From the NCBI RefSeq assembly GCF_001194135.2, contig NC_068989.1:59441737-59505736 (forward strand): a stretch of DNA of 64,000 bases, read 5' to 3'. The DNA comes from Octopus bimaculoides. Lineage: Eukaryota. Of this stretch, positions 25,536-38,420 are shown piece by piece; position 1 is the first letter of the stretch, and each line of letters opens with the position of its first letter. The position numbers and the translations under genes were made by a program. The notes under the pieces were generated by a model that was given only the letters and a program-made list of their open reading frames with translations, searched no databases and was not told the DNA's origin.

Positions 25536-28500
25536 CCATACTCCATCTCTAAAACTTTATAACTATATTCTATAATGCAGCAAGTAGGCAGAATCATTAG
25601 CAAGCCAAACAAAATTTAGGGGCATTTTTCTCAACTTTTAAGTTCTGAGTTAAAATTCTGAGGTTAACTTTGCCTTTCTTTCTTTAAGGATCGATAAAAT
25701 AAATACCAGTTGAGTACTGGGATCAATGTAATCAACTACCACCCCCACCCACTCTAGAAATTTCAGACAGTGCCTATAATAGAAAGGATTATTACTATAT
25801 TTTATGAAGTGTAGTGCAGGTAGTTTTTGCCTGTTTTTAGGTATAAACTCTAATATAGCCACAGTTAACATTGCTAGTAGCCTTTGCACTAAATTCTCCC
25901 CTACCCTAAAATTTATGTTCTCATTATTGCTGTTGCCATGCCTCTGTCAAATTTGTGTTATAACATCTGAGAACTGGAAATGTTTTTATTTGTATCACAA
26001 ATGTATCTTAGTCATCATGTCTTTCTATAATACTTTCAAATTTCCTTCGTGTTAACTTTATTTATCATCACTCTTCATTTAATGAAACACTCCTGAAATT
26101 CCTTCAGTCAACAATACCATTTTCCTACAAGAATATTGGCTGTGTATAGTCAAAATAAATTGTATATAGTAATATTCATTTAAATACTGAGTTCAAATCC
26201 CACAAGGGTCTACTTCGTCTTTCATCAATAAAAGAAGTTGCTGTATCATTCAAAAACTGGAATAAATTAAAAGATTGACTACACCCTGCCCCATGAAATA
26301 TGTTGCTGTGTATCAATGTAAGAAATCACTGTCATTAGTGACAATTGTACAGATAGTAAAGAGCTCTATATTTGAAGGAATTTAGTTTGGTATTTTATTC
26401 ATTTATCAAATGTTCATTTATCCAAGATCATTAAAGTAATTAGCAGCTAGGTAATGTGTCTGATATTACCTACAGTCTTCCACAAACTTGGTAACATTGA
26501 GAAATGTGATAAAATGAGTGTGCTGTCACAGAAGATATAATGAAAGAAATCTAAAGTTTTTGATATTACCAGTAATTCTCATGGGGAGGTAACTGAATAA
26601 AGTTTACTCTAATAGAGTGGAAATTTGTAATACATGCTCTATGATAATGTCAGTTAAAAAAAACTGTTAGCTTTAAAGGATAATCATTTTAAATTCCTTG
26701 TTTAGGATGATGGATTTACAGAATCACTGGAGCTTCGGGAAAAATTCTTTACAGGGTTTGTTTCAGTCTTTTACATTCTGAGTTCAAATATGGCCTAAGC
26801 CAACTTTGCCTTTCATCTTTTGGGGGCTGATAAAGTAACTGTCAAGTACTGAGGCTAATGGTGTTGACTTACCCCTCCTGCCGCAAAATTGCTGACTTTG
26901 TGCATAAATTAGAAACCATTATTAATTCTTTGTTTCAGTTTTAGTATATAAAATCAAAGATTGTTGCCCACAGGAACATCTTAGAATTTGATAATTGCTA
27001 TATCATAATTAATTTTAATAGTAATTCTAAAAGTAACCATTTACTGAATTTATCAATTAAACACCAGCAATTAAAGATATTAAGACCATCTAAAAACAGG
27101 TTCATTATTTTGTTTTACAATTAGCTTTAGATAAGATTTGAAATAATTTATCATCTGATGAAACTTTTCTCGATTTCTCTCTCTCTCTCTCTTTTCTCCC
27201 CCCCCCCCNNNNNNNNNNNNNNNNNNNNNNNNNNNNNNNNNNNACCACTCTCTCTCGCCAGTCATGTCAAACAATACTACCTGTGATCTTTTCTCGCAGT
27301 TACTTAAGCAATGGTTTTGCTATCTTTGTTTTGGTTCATTTTCAGCCTAATCTAATTCTAACCTATAATAGTTTATACATTGATTTCCTTTTCAAAGAAG
27401 AAAATAAAATGCTGTGATGTTCATGCTTTTGTTTTTTGTTTTGCTTTTTCAATAGCTTCATCTTGAGGAAGGGGTTGTGCTTATAGCCTTCTCATTCCTT
27501 CCAAATGCAGTGAGATCAATGCAGATAATGTTTCTTTTAAATGGCTGCAAGTTGATAGCGGCAAAAAAAATCATGGGCAAAGAATGAATTCCAGGGGGTT
27601 GAACACCAAGAAGGACTGAGAAAGTAATCTGTTTGTAGGTTGTGAAATGGCAGTGGTCAGAGATGAGACAAGTTGGGAAGGCTTATGTGGTGACCAGCTA
27701 ACTCCACTGGCCACTGTAGTAGCAGAGTGAGGTGGACCAGAGATTGCAGAGCAATTTCATGTCAATCAGTCAGGTGACCATTTTAGTAGGGTGGAGGCAG
27801 TCTAGGATACCTGTGTGTGTAGTTGTATGACTGGTCCGTGTGTAGGAGCAGTGTTCTATTTGAAATTCATAAGCTGCATAAGGGAAACAAAAGGCAGCCA
27901 GTAAAAATTGTAACTTGGTCAATAAGGTCAGATCACCAGCAACATGCCACTTGATATATGTCCACTCACCATGCAACAACAGCAGCTGCTACTACTACTA
28001 CTACTACTACCACTACAACAATAGAGCTTATCTTTTAGTCTTAAGCATTGGCTACAATATTTAATAACTTCTTAAAGAATAAAAGGAATTAAGAGTCACA
28101 CATTTCTGACATTGATCAAAATAATTTCAGAATTCTTCATAAATATTTTATGTAAATCTTTTCACTTGTGTAAGTATTTTGAATTGTAAAATAACTTTTA
28201 TTGTATTTTGTTGCTATATAAATTTGGGTAATTACTTCAGTTCCAACACTTGAACATTTACTGTGCTCACAAACTGCAGTTAATGAATTTATTTCTTAAT
28301 TGTTGTAGTTAAGAAACATGTAAACTACTTTTTTCTTCATGCTTTTGTGATCAGATGACTTTCAGAACACACAAACCAAATAAGACCAAAAGTAGAAAAT
28401 TGTTTTGGTCAACAACTGTTCCACCAAATATGTATTATATAAATATGTATTATATCAATTTACACAACTTGAATAAAATTTTTGTTGAAAACAATACATT

Positions 28501-28594
28501 AACTTAAAAAAATAAAATTTGCCAAAGTCTAATTTACTTTCAGTCTTTCTGTTGTTCTTTTTTAACCCTTTATAATTATTAGTTTCAAATTTTG

Positions 28595-28795
28595 GCACAA
28601 GTTCAGCAGATTTGGGTGAGGGGCTAAATTGGTTACATCAACCCCAATGTTCAACTAGTACTTATTTTATCAACCTCGAAAGGATGAAAGGCAAAGTTGA
28701 CATCAGCAGAATTTGAACTCAGAACATAGCGACAAATGAAATGTTGCTAAGCATTTTACCCAACATGCAAACAATTCTGCCAGCTTGCTGCCTTC
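28595..28795 (-). mobile_element. High-copy SINE copy with heavy CpG decay
   Basis: Aligns with 55490-55636, but CpGs are converted (atcgac>atcaac, gtcgac>gttgac, cggcgg>cagcag, ctcgccgcc>cttgctgcc). Confidence 0.8.
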
Positions 28796-30307
28796 TAATT
28801 TTTTTCATAATTATTTATCATCATTATTATTAAACACTTTCTCCAACTCAAATGAGCTGAATGGATTTGTACGAAAGCATATGTCTGCCTTTGAGATCCA
28901 ACAATCATTTAGCTACATCTCTGCCATAGTTTTGCCACATCTAACAATGTACACTCAGAAACAAAGTCTGGTGGCAGTAACTTAAAGTTTATATATACAT
29001 CTGTGTATACAATCACACCATGGTGGAGCAGACAGCATACTGACTGAGGGGGAATCAAGCCATAAAGCAAGAGGTTAAATTGTTTAGTTGTGAAAAACTT
29101 CTAAATTCCAGGGTACATTAAGGAAATGAAATTAGGTTGTGTTGGCTGTGAACCCTCCACAATACCCAAGCTTTATATATGTAAATAAAGCCTTCACATC
29201 TGGTTGTAATTTAAGTGAGGAACATTTTCTAACCTTTTGTTACACAAATGTAGATGGTATACACTCTTTAGTGGTGATGATGGGAACATCTGATTGTCTC
29301 ATCATCATCATTTAATGTCCATTGTCCATGTTAAGACATTATGTACTAGCTACCAATAAATTATTATGATTCCATTGTTAAGTATGCATATCTTTAATGA
29401 CAAGTTTTTCTCACATTTCATTCCTACAGTGCATAAATATCAAGAAAGTACTACAAATTTTGGACAATGTTTCTGCTCACCCAAGTAGTCATCAACTTGT
29501 CTAAGCATAATTGTAGTCTCCAAGAGATTATATCATTGAAGATATTTTGGCAAAGTGCTCTGGTGAGTAAGAGAAGAAGGGAAAACACCAAAGAACTCTC
29601 AGTAGCAAGAGCTAGATCTCAACAATTCAGTTTAGCAGTTTTATGCTAAAGCTCCACAGATAACTATTTTAGTCAAAGTTTGACAAAAAAATAAAAATTA
29701 AGAATAAAAATAAAAATGAAAATAAATAATATAAAATTGTTTGATGTGGATATAGAATATGATTTTGAAGGATTTGAATCAATGGATTTTCATTATATTC
29801 TTCAGAGATTCAGTAAAATAGATGTTTCAGGAGACTGTATCAGAATCTGGCTATAAGACATAGAGTGAGCAAACCCAAGTATCAAGTATTCACAAAAGAA
29901 ATGGCAGACAAATACAGCAAGCAAGTATTCCAGGGTCATTGCAAAACATCCTGATTTACACAAACACACTACCATGGGATTAGAACACTTCACACTTTTT
30001 CTCCTTCTCTTCATAATGTTTAAACATATAGATTCATATGTGTGAAGTGAAACAGGATTGGAGCTTCTTGAGTCCAAAACTTCCTCCAAAAAAGAGATAG
30101 AAAGAAAACTATTCAACAGTTGAGTTCTTTTTTTTTTTCTTCTCTTAGATGAAGGATCAGTCTTGAAGTGTTGCATCCCTCCTCATGGCATACAATATAA
30201 TCTAAAATCATAACCTACACTATTAGTTAAAGATGTGATTGCCGTTATGGGATTTCTGTGGTTAAGGTGTGGAATCATAGTGTTTTATTTCAAGTAAGGT
30301 GAGTAAG

Positions 30308-30339
<32 letters not shown>

Positions 30340-32824
30340 AAATTTAATTTGTATCCATTGATAAAATAAATATATAGAGTCACCTTGTAGAGAATTAGTA
30401 ATCTTTATGTTGGCCTGAATGGCTGTCAGTCTATCCTGCCATTGGTGTTGTGTTGTATCTCTATCAGCTATCTGTAAATATCTATAATAGGTACACTTTA
30501 TTGCTATAAACAGTGGGGAATTACATAACTAGCAAGTGTTTGTAAGATTCATTAAACAAAACTGCCAAAGAGCACTCAACAATACCTACACATACAACTT
30601 TCTGTAAGTGGGGCAGAGCTCTGGATGATAAATAACATGTTTAGCACAACAGTACAGTGGATTGGTCTATAAGAGCTGATAGACTAGTCTGGAAAGAGTA
30701 GCAAACAATAATATCAAGAAGATTGGTAGAAAACAAGATGTTGCAGTGGCATAGTGTGAAATGTGTGGAGTGTATGAATTGAATGGAACAGCCATTTTAC
30801 ATAAGTGCATTTGTTGTAGCTGAAGGTATGTTACATTTAATGAAGAGGGCAGTTTACTTATCAATAGTCTCAGTTTCTCTCTTGGTTACATATAACCAGC
30901 ATCTCAGTGGTATAGCATGGGTTTTGGTTTCCCCCTTCCTAAAACATCTGCAGCAAACAAACATTTATATAGTGGCTGCTCCTTGCAATTAGCCAACTTT
31001 GCACATCCTGCACTGCACCACTGCAATATCTATGGTTATTATATGGTCTTGGTGTACCTTAGGTATGTCAGTTAGGTCAATTCTTCCTGCGGATAGCTTT
31101 GCAAATAGTTTTTCCTATAACTACAGTATTATGAATGATGAGAAAGTAGAAAATTGCAGACATTTTTCAGCAGATGTTTAAGTACAGGATTTTTTTGCAC
31201 TGGTATCATATAATCAATATTTGGTGGTATTTTCTTAATTAGAGATTTGGTGGTATTTTGTTAATTAGTGTGGTATTTAGTAACTATTTCTGTTCTTGAT
31301 TAGTGAAAAGTATGTCCTTCTAGGTGGGATGTGATGTATATCTGATAGTTCCATGAGGAACTACTCTGTCTATGAATGCTGTGAAAGTCTCCAGTTTATG
31401 GAATATGTTGCCATGCACAACTTGCTGTGTATGTGTATGCATGTATGTTTTGGAATTTTAACCTTTATTTTGGCCAGCCATCTACCCAATGGTAAAGTTG
31501 TAAAGAAAATCTATATAAAATGTGGTGTGGGGCTCTTGTTCTATGGCTTATCCTTTGTGCAACCACCTGCCTTTAAAATTTATAATATTCTTGCAGATTT
31601 TTATTGTCTCAGAAATGGTTATCATCAGTAGCATATGGATTGTGGTGATATGTTCTTTTTCCAAGAACATAAATTCAACAATACTTTGATCCAACATATT
31701 GCCACAAGCAATAATGAAGAGTATAAGGGTGAAGAAGTATCTTGTGTACTGGGTTTGGAGATTTCTCATTGATAGTCCATAGATGTTTTCTTTCTCCTGT
31801 AGTTTTCTCACCACATTGACTTCAAACAAGCATGTTTCATGGTTCCAAACATAAAGATTAAATCAACTGTGTCTGAATTTGGTTGCTATTTTTTAGTATT
31901 AGGTTCCACAAATATTGTTTTTTCCATCACCTCTTAGATTTCATGGTAGCAACTTTCAAAGTGAGCTGTAATAAATTTGTCAATACTTTGGAGTAGTTTG
32001 CTGTGTATAATCATTTTAATTAATTTTGTTTTGTTTTTTTTAATAATTTTGTTGTTGTTGTTTTAAATAGGATTTTTCAATGTACCTAGAAAATAAATTA
32101 ATGTTAACCTTTATTTTATGATTTTTTTCAATTCCATTCAATATCCTAATATTTTTATTTTCTCGGGTATTATCTTGAGTACAATATTTCACTACTGAAA
32201 GTGTTATTTCACCAGAAATTTTGGCAAAATGATTCAAATCCAAGTTGTGAGAATCATCAGTGTTTTAAATTAATACTGATTAAGTGTAATGGAAAATCTT
32301 TTTCTAGCTATTGCAATGTACGTGAAATAGTAAGTGTTCAATTGCTAATGTGTGTCAACTGTTTGATTTTTCTCTCTTTATATGTAGTTATGTGCATACA
32401 CGTCCACACACACCACATTTACTCACATAACATTTCAATGTTTAGGATGTAAATGTAGACATATAATAAGAGAAAGATGAAAAATGAAGAGGGATTTGAG
32501 CAAGTGACAATACACAAATGTTAATTAAGATGTACACTGTAGTAAAATTGCTGACTGATTTATATAGTAACTGAATATGCAATAGTGTTGCTTGGGGAAA
32601 GAAACTGGATACATCTTCTCTGAAGAGTAAACAACAAATTATGAAACAGTCCATAAGGAGACTTTCCAATTCTTTTTATTTTTCTGTACATTGAAAGCAT
32701 AAAGGTAATGTGCTTGCATTCTTATATATTTCATTATCACAGCTAAGGCTTTCTAATATTTACATTTGACTTCTCATGGTTCTCAGTGCATTGCATATAG
32801 AATTCATATATATATATATATATA

Positions 32825-33171
32825 NNNNNNNNNNNNNNNNNNNNNNNNNNNNNNNNNNNNNNNNNNNNNNNNNNNNNNNNNNNNNNNNNNNNNNNNNNNN
32901 NNNNNNNNNNNNNNNNNNNNNNNNNNNNNNNNNNNNNNNNNNNNNNNNNNNNNNNNNNNNNNNNNNNNNNNNNNNNNNNNNNNNNNNNNNNNNNNNNNNN
33001 NNNNNNNNNNNNNNNNNNNNNNNNNNNNNNNNNNNNNNNNNNNNNNNNNNNNNNNNNNNNNNNNNNNNNNNNNNNNNNNNNNNNNNNNNNNNNNNNNNNN
33101 NNNNNNNNNNNNNNNNNNNNNNNNNNNNNNNNNNNNNNNNNNNNNNNNNNNNNNNNNNNNNNNNNNNNNNN
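32825..33171. other. Assembly gap (others: 15240-15249, 27209-27243, 48508-48680, 53163-53822, 59028-59037, 59748-60236)
   Basis: Runs of N, mostly flanked by (TA)n. Confidence 1.
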
Positions 33172-33204
<33 letters not shown>

Positions 33205-33207
33205 TAT

Positions 33208-33362
33208 GACGGGCTTCTTTCAGTTTCCGTCTACCAAATCCACTCGCAAGGCTTTGGTCGGCCCGAGGCTATAGTAGAAGATAGTTGCCCAAGGTGCCAT
33301 GCAGTGGGACTGAACCCAGAACCATGTGGTTGGTAAGCAAGCTACTTACCGCACAGCCACTC
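33208..33362 (-). mobile_element. tRNA-derived SINE, well preserved
   Basis: gggcttctttcagtttccgtctaccaaatcc...gcagtgggactgaacccagaaccatgtggttggtaagc. Same family as 7764-7925 but retains its CpGs. Confidence 0.8.
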
Positions 33363-33957
33363 CTGATATATACACATAGATATATATATATCATCTCTCT
33401 CTCTCTCTCTCTCACTTTCTCTCAACACACACACACACACATACACACATATATATACATACATATACAAGTAAAAAGGCAGATAAACACAAGAATAGAA
33501 TACAAATATATATTTTTTTCTTTACCTCCATCAGCCACACACTCTACACCATCACCATACCTCCTTCTAAACCTTTATAGTTGTAAACACTGCTATGAAA
33601 TTATGTTTTTAGCCAGATGATGATATGACTTTGTTCCATGGGTTTGCAGAAACTCATGTTATGCTACATTTACAACATTATGAGTATTATGTAGTACATG
33701 TGGTTTTGGCATAAGCTATGGTTCACCTGAAACAGCTATTGTGATAAGACTGTTTTATAACACCTTTTGTTTATTTGTACTCTTTATTTTGTATTCCATC
33801 TATGGAGTATTTATCTGCCTTTTTACTTCCATATCCATTCAATGAGGATTGCTCTTATGGCTGACTTTCTACATCAAAGCCACCTGCTCTAAATGGAGGA
33901 GTTGGAATGTGAGTTTCCATTTATCTAAGTTCCACTCAGAGAATATCTCTTCCACGC

Positions 33958-34005
<48 letters not shown>

Positions 34006-34488
34006 TCGTACCTGTGATACAGAAATTTGAACACATTTGTATCCGCATATGTACACAAACATGCAGATTTTAAAGCACACACACACATGCATATGATGTA
34101 TATTCACATGTGACATTGTGCGTGCACACAGTTTTCTATGAAATATTTTCAAATATATAGTCTTTTATTTCTTTACTACTGTTTTCAGAGTTTGAACCTG
34201 AGCCATGCAGGAGTACCTCTCAAGATGCCTGCTTGTGTAATTACGTATGGCTTACACACGGAGAGATATAAGAGTCTAAGCCTATATACATTTGTGAGTC
34301 AGATTTGATCATATACATGCGGGTATATGAATGTGTATGAGTGTATGTATGTGTGCCTGTGTGTATGTGTGTGTGCGTGTGTGTGAGTTCATCTTTGTCC
34401 GTCCGTATCAGATCAGGACTATGTCGGCGACTTGGACCGTGTTTATCTTTTTTGATATGCATTTGATTTTAAGCTTTATCATTATTAC

Positions 34489-34564
<76 letters not shown>

Positions 34565-34890
34565 GTTATTATTCACAGACTCTTCTCTCAAAAGATTATT
34601 TCCTCAGCAATGAGTTGTTGACTTGCGCTTCTTCCTACTTGAATCACTCTTCTTTCCTTCTTTCATTCCTACATTCTTTCATTCGTTCAATCCTTCACTC
34701 GTTAGCGATATCTCTATTGTTAATATTATCGCTTTTCCGACTTCCTTTATCTTTATCGAAAATACGTACCGCGCCACTACACATACATACATACATACAT
34801 ACATATCTTACGTGTCTTGTGTGTGTGAATGTGAATGTATGTATGTATGTATGTGCGTGTTCGCGTGCTTGGGTGAAGGAGAGAGAGAGA

Positions 34891-34936
<46 letters not shown>

Positions 34937-35285
34937 TTTATGGGTGTGTATGGGCGTGCACGCATTTGTTTATCACATGTTTGTAAATATTTAGATTATA
35001 ATTTAAGAATTTGTGAAGGTCAGACTGACATATAGTCATAACGATTAAAAACTGTTGGATTTGGCAGCAGCAGATACAATCGATATCGTACAACAGCTTC
35101 CAAACCGTTAAATAAGAATTACAGAACAATAATTGGTTCCTCATCGACTCTTGTTGTCTTCTACACTGAAAAGTCATAAGTTTCACAGCGTCTGCTACGT
35201 TATGACGCCATACTGTAACTCTGCTAAATAACGGGTTCTGATTTAGATCCAAGATCAGCAATTTTGAGGCGAGATACCATCAACA

Positions 35286-35666
35286 GAGTGGAGGCGCAAT
35301 GGCCCAGTGGTTAGGGCAGCGGACTCGCGGTCATAGGATCACGGTTTCGATTCCCAGACCGGGCGTTGTGAGTGTTTATTGAGCGAAAACACCCAAAGCT
35401 CCACGAGGCTCCGGCAGGGGATGGTGGCGAACCCTGCTGTACTCTTTCACCACAACTTTCTCTCACTCTTACTTCCTGTTTCTGTTGTGCTTCAAAGGGC
35501 CAGCCTTGTCACACTGTGTCACGCTGAATATCCCCGAGAACTACGTTAAGGGTACACGTGTCTGTGGAGTGCTCAGCCACTTGCACGTTAATTTTACGAG
35601 CAGGCTGTTCCGTTGATCGGATCAACTGGAACCCTCGACGTCGTAAGCGACGGAGTGCCAACAAAC
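35286..35666 (+). mobile_element. Full-length tRNA-derived SINE with 10-bp target-site duplication
   Basis: A box tggcccagtgg and B box ggtttcgattcc. TSD accatcaaca at 35276-35285 and 35667-35676. Confidence 0.85.
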
Positions 35667-35904
35667 ACCATCAACACTAGTATTTGACCGGTACTTTATT
35701 TTATCGATCTGGAAAGGATGAAAATCAAAGTTCCCCTCGAGAAACGAACTCTATGTTAAGAGTCGGAAAAAAGTACCGCAAGGCTTTCTGTCACTTATAA
35801 TTCAGTAAATCAACATTGACCACTGACTACTTATGTAAGGATGAGAAAGTCAACATTATTGACTACACTATATTTAATGTAGCCAGCCGTCATCCGCAAG
35901 TGAA

Positions 35905-36036
35905 TGTCACAGGGTAAAATGTACCATGCTTTCGCTAAATGTTGCAGGCGCTTATGTCGACGCGAGGAGACATAGACACTCTCTTGGTCACCTCACTTTT
36001 GATTCAATGGAACATCCAGGACGTGAGAGCTGGAGA

Positions 36037-36112
<76 letters not shown>

Positions 36113-36906
36113 GGGGGGAGAGAGAGAGAGGGAGAGCTGCACCAGCATTAGTAGGGTAGCTAGTGAGGAGAGGGTAGCTAGGTAAAAAAAAAGGAAGAGG
36201 AAGCTGTGGCAGACAGAAAAAGGACGAGGGTGGAGTCACCACCCAAAACCACCAAGAAAAGAAAAGCAGGAAAGGCGGAAAAGACATTTGTGGACGAAAC
36301 AGAAGACACTGAGACTCGAACCACGAAGCCAGAGACAGCAACAATTAGTGAAAAAGATAGAATTAGAAGGGTGAAAACTGACGATTGGTTGGAGAAAGTA
36401 CACGCGCAAAGAGAAAAAGTAAGGAGAATAGGACGACCTTTGGGACGGAATCTAAGAATGTTGATGTATTACTAGAAATTTAGAATTGGAAAAGAAGCTA
36501 ACGAAAATGAAAGGTTTGATTAGAGTTAGATTGAACCCGGATTTGTTTGAACCAGATGAGAAAGCGGTGTTGTTGGTGAGAGAAAAGATAGAAAAACTGT
36601 GTAGATCATTTCCTGAATTAATTAATTTTACGCAAATATATGTTCGTTTTGAGAATCTGCCCAGTGTGATTGGGAGAGAGGATCTAATTCAATATATAAC
36701 GGACGAATGGTAAAACGATGAGAGACTGTATAAAAGAACAGTAAAATGGAACTGCGAGCTTGGGGTGGGGCTCGTAAGTCATTCCATCTTTTCATTTAAT
36801 CTGTCATTTCACAAACATCATTCGTTATATGTACCCTACGTTTTGTGTTGTCTGTCCTTGTATTGCCCCCTCTTTGTTAAGGTTACATGCCTGTAATAAA
36901 GAAACA
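35905..36906 (+). mobile_element. Unclassified retroelement terminal region (solo-LTR or pseudo-LTR-like) with broken ORF
   Basis: Begins TGTCAC and has an internal (GA)n. Two ORF pieces (36206-36475, 36486-36713) lie in different frames, followed by TATAAAA (~36729), AATAAA (~36895) and a CA end. No TSD found. Confidence 0.45.
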
Positions 36907-36929
36907 TAGTGAGGAGAGGTAGGCGATAC

Positions 36930-37140
36930 TTTCATAGGTCTGCTGTATAAGCCTGTACATGTCTGGGGGACCCGATAGCTACGCCATTGACAACCACACG
37001 AATGGTACTCATTTACAGACTAGTAAAGTGGAGCAACATGAAATGTTTTGCCTCGAGACACAACGCAGCGCCCAGATCAGAAAATGACCCTCCGATCTAA
37101 ACAGCGAGCCGAACAGTAACCATTATGGCCGCGTGCCTTT
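36930..37140 (-). mobile_element. tRNA-derived SINE
   Basis: Minus strand has a ggcacgcggccataatggtta head, then gttgtgtctcgaggcaaaacatttcatgttgctccac..aaatgagta, a SINE central-domain-like segment. Confidence 0.55.
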
Positions 37141-37744
37141 CAATGTAAAGATGCTTCAGGATTAATGGCAAAATATTTGATTGCATATTTTCATGTGCAA
37201 TGCAATCATACTTATTGCTTTAATTTTCCAAAGATGAATAAAGTTGCGAACAGAATGGTACCAGAGTGTAAACCATTACACTTTAACTAACAATAAGTGT
37301 CTGCTCTTATAGAAATCCAGAAGCTGATGTAGGAATCTCCACAAAGGCTACTCTGTCTCCATTATATTCATATTTGTTCCCTATGATAACCGTTTCTGCT
37401 TACAGAAACGCATATGCTGAAAGTTAAGCCAATTAGCAAAAATGCTATTTTGAAAATCAATATAAAATTTTATAGTGCTTATTATTTAATAACTAAATGT
37501 GAGATAAAATAACATTTCATTTCTAATAAAAATGTATGTAATATTTAAGTAAAGGAATTAATATCGTTAAGTCTTCCTTTTATCTATTATTAGTGGTGCA
37601 GCAAATTTAATAACATTTAAAAAATTTTAATGTCTTATATAAATTTATTCTAAGAGAAACAAAACTAACGATAAAAGGAAGCTACGACACTACTTTTATA
37701 TAATAAGAAAACTAAGATGCTTGATTTATTCAAATGTTTGTGGA

Positions 37745-37783
<39 letters not shown>

Positions 37784-38420
37784 AAACAATTTTGGTGATT
37801 AATGGCTGGAGTTGAAAAATGAATTACAGAACAATTCCGTTGCAAAAGTTTAGTCAATATTGATCGGAGAAAACTTTTATGACAATGTAATCCAAATATC
37901 AAAAGTGTTATTGATAAACATCTTGTAAATAAATTTGCTTTATAGACAGCCATATTTATTTTGGTTCAGTTTTCATAACAGCATTGATTGTCTAAATTGA
38001 CAAAAGATAAAAATAAAAAAAGAACTTTTAGCTAGTTTAGCTTTTAAGTTCGACTTATTCTGAGATTTTCAGACACAAGTTGATGATGATACTATTACAG
38101 AATCAATATCGGAAATGCGTGTTTATCCGCCTACACACTAAAATGGACAATTTATGGCAGCCGATTACCAGGCGCATTCAGAAGTCAATGACTTTGTAAA
38201 GGTTTACTTTCTGCTGATAACTGTTCTTAGATTAGAAAAGAATTTAATGATGGCGGAACGTCTCTGATCAGTTGTTAAAAAATTGAAACACTAGACATGA
38301 ACGTGTTTAGGGTTCAATTTACGATAATTATTTAGTTTCCTTACTTATTGCTGTTGCTGATGCCTAAGTCATATCTTGTCGAACAGATTTACTACCAAAG
38401 GCATTCTAGCTGTACCCATT

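Noticed and set aside
27470-27990. GC-richer stretch with a possible SDH endonuclease motif on the minus strand
   Set aside because: Probably an old LINE relic, but too decayed to call with confidence.
29802-30176. 124-aa minus-strand ORF
   Set aside because: Partly driven by a poly-T tract; no recognisable domain or supporting splice structure.
35286-35370. tRNA-like sequence with A and B boxes
   Set aside because: It continues into a ~380-bp SINE body flanked by a TSD, and I could not fold a proper acceptor stem. It is a SINE head, not a tRNA gene.
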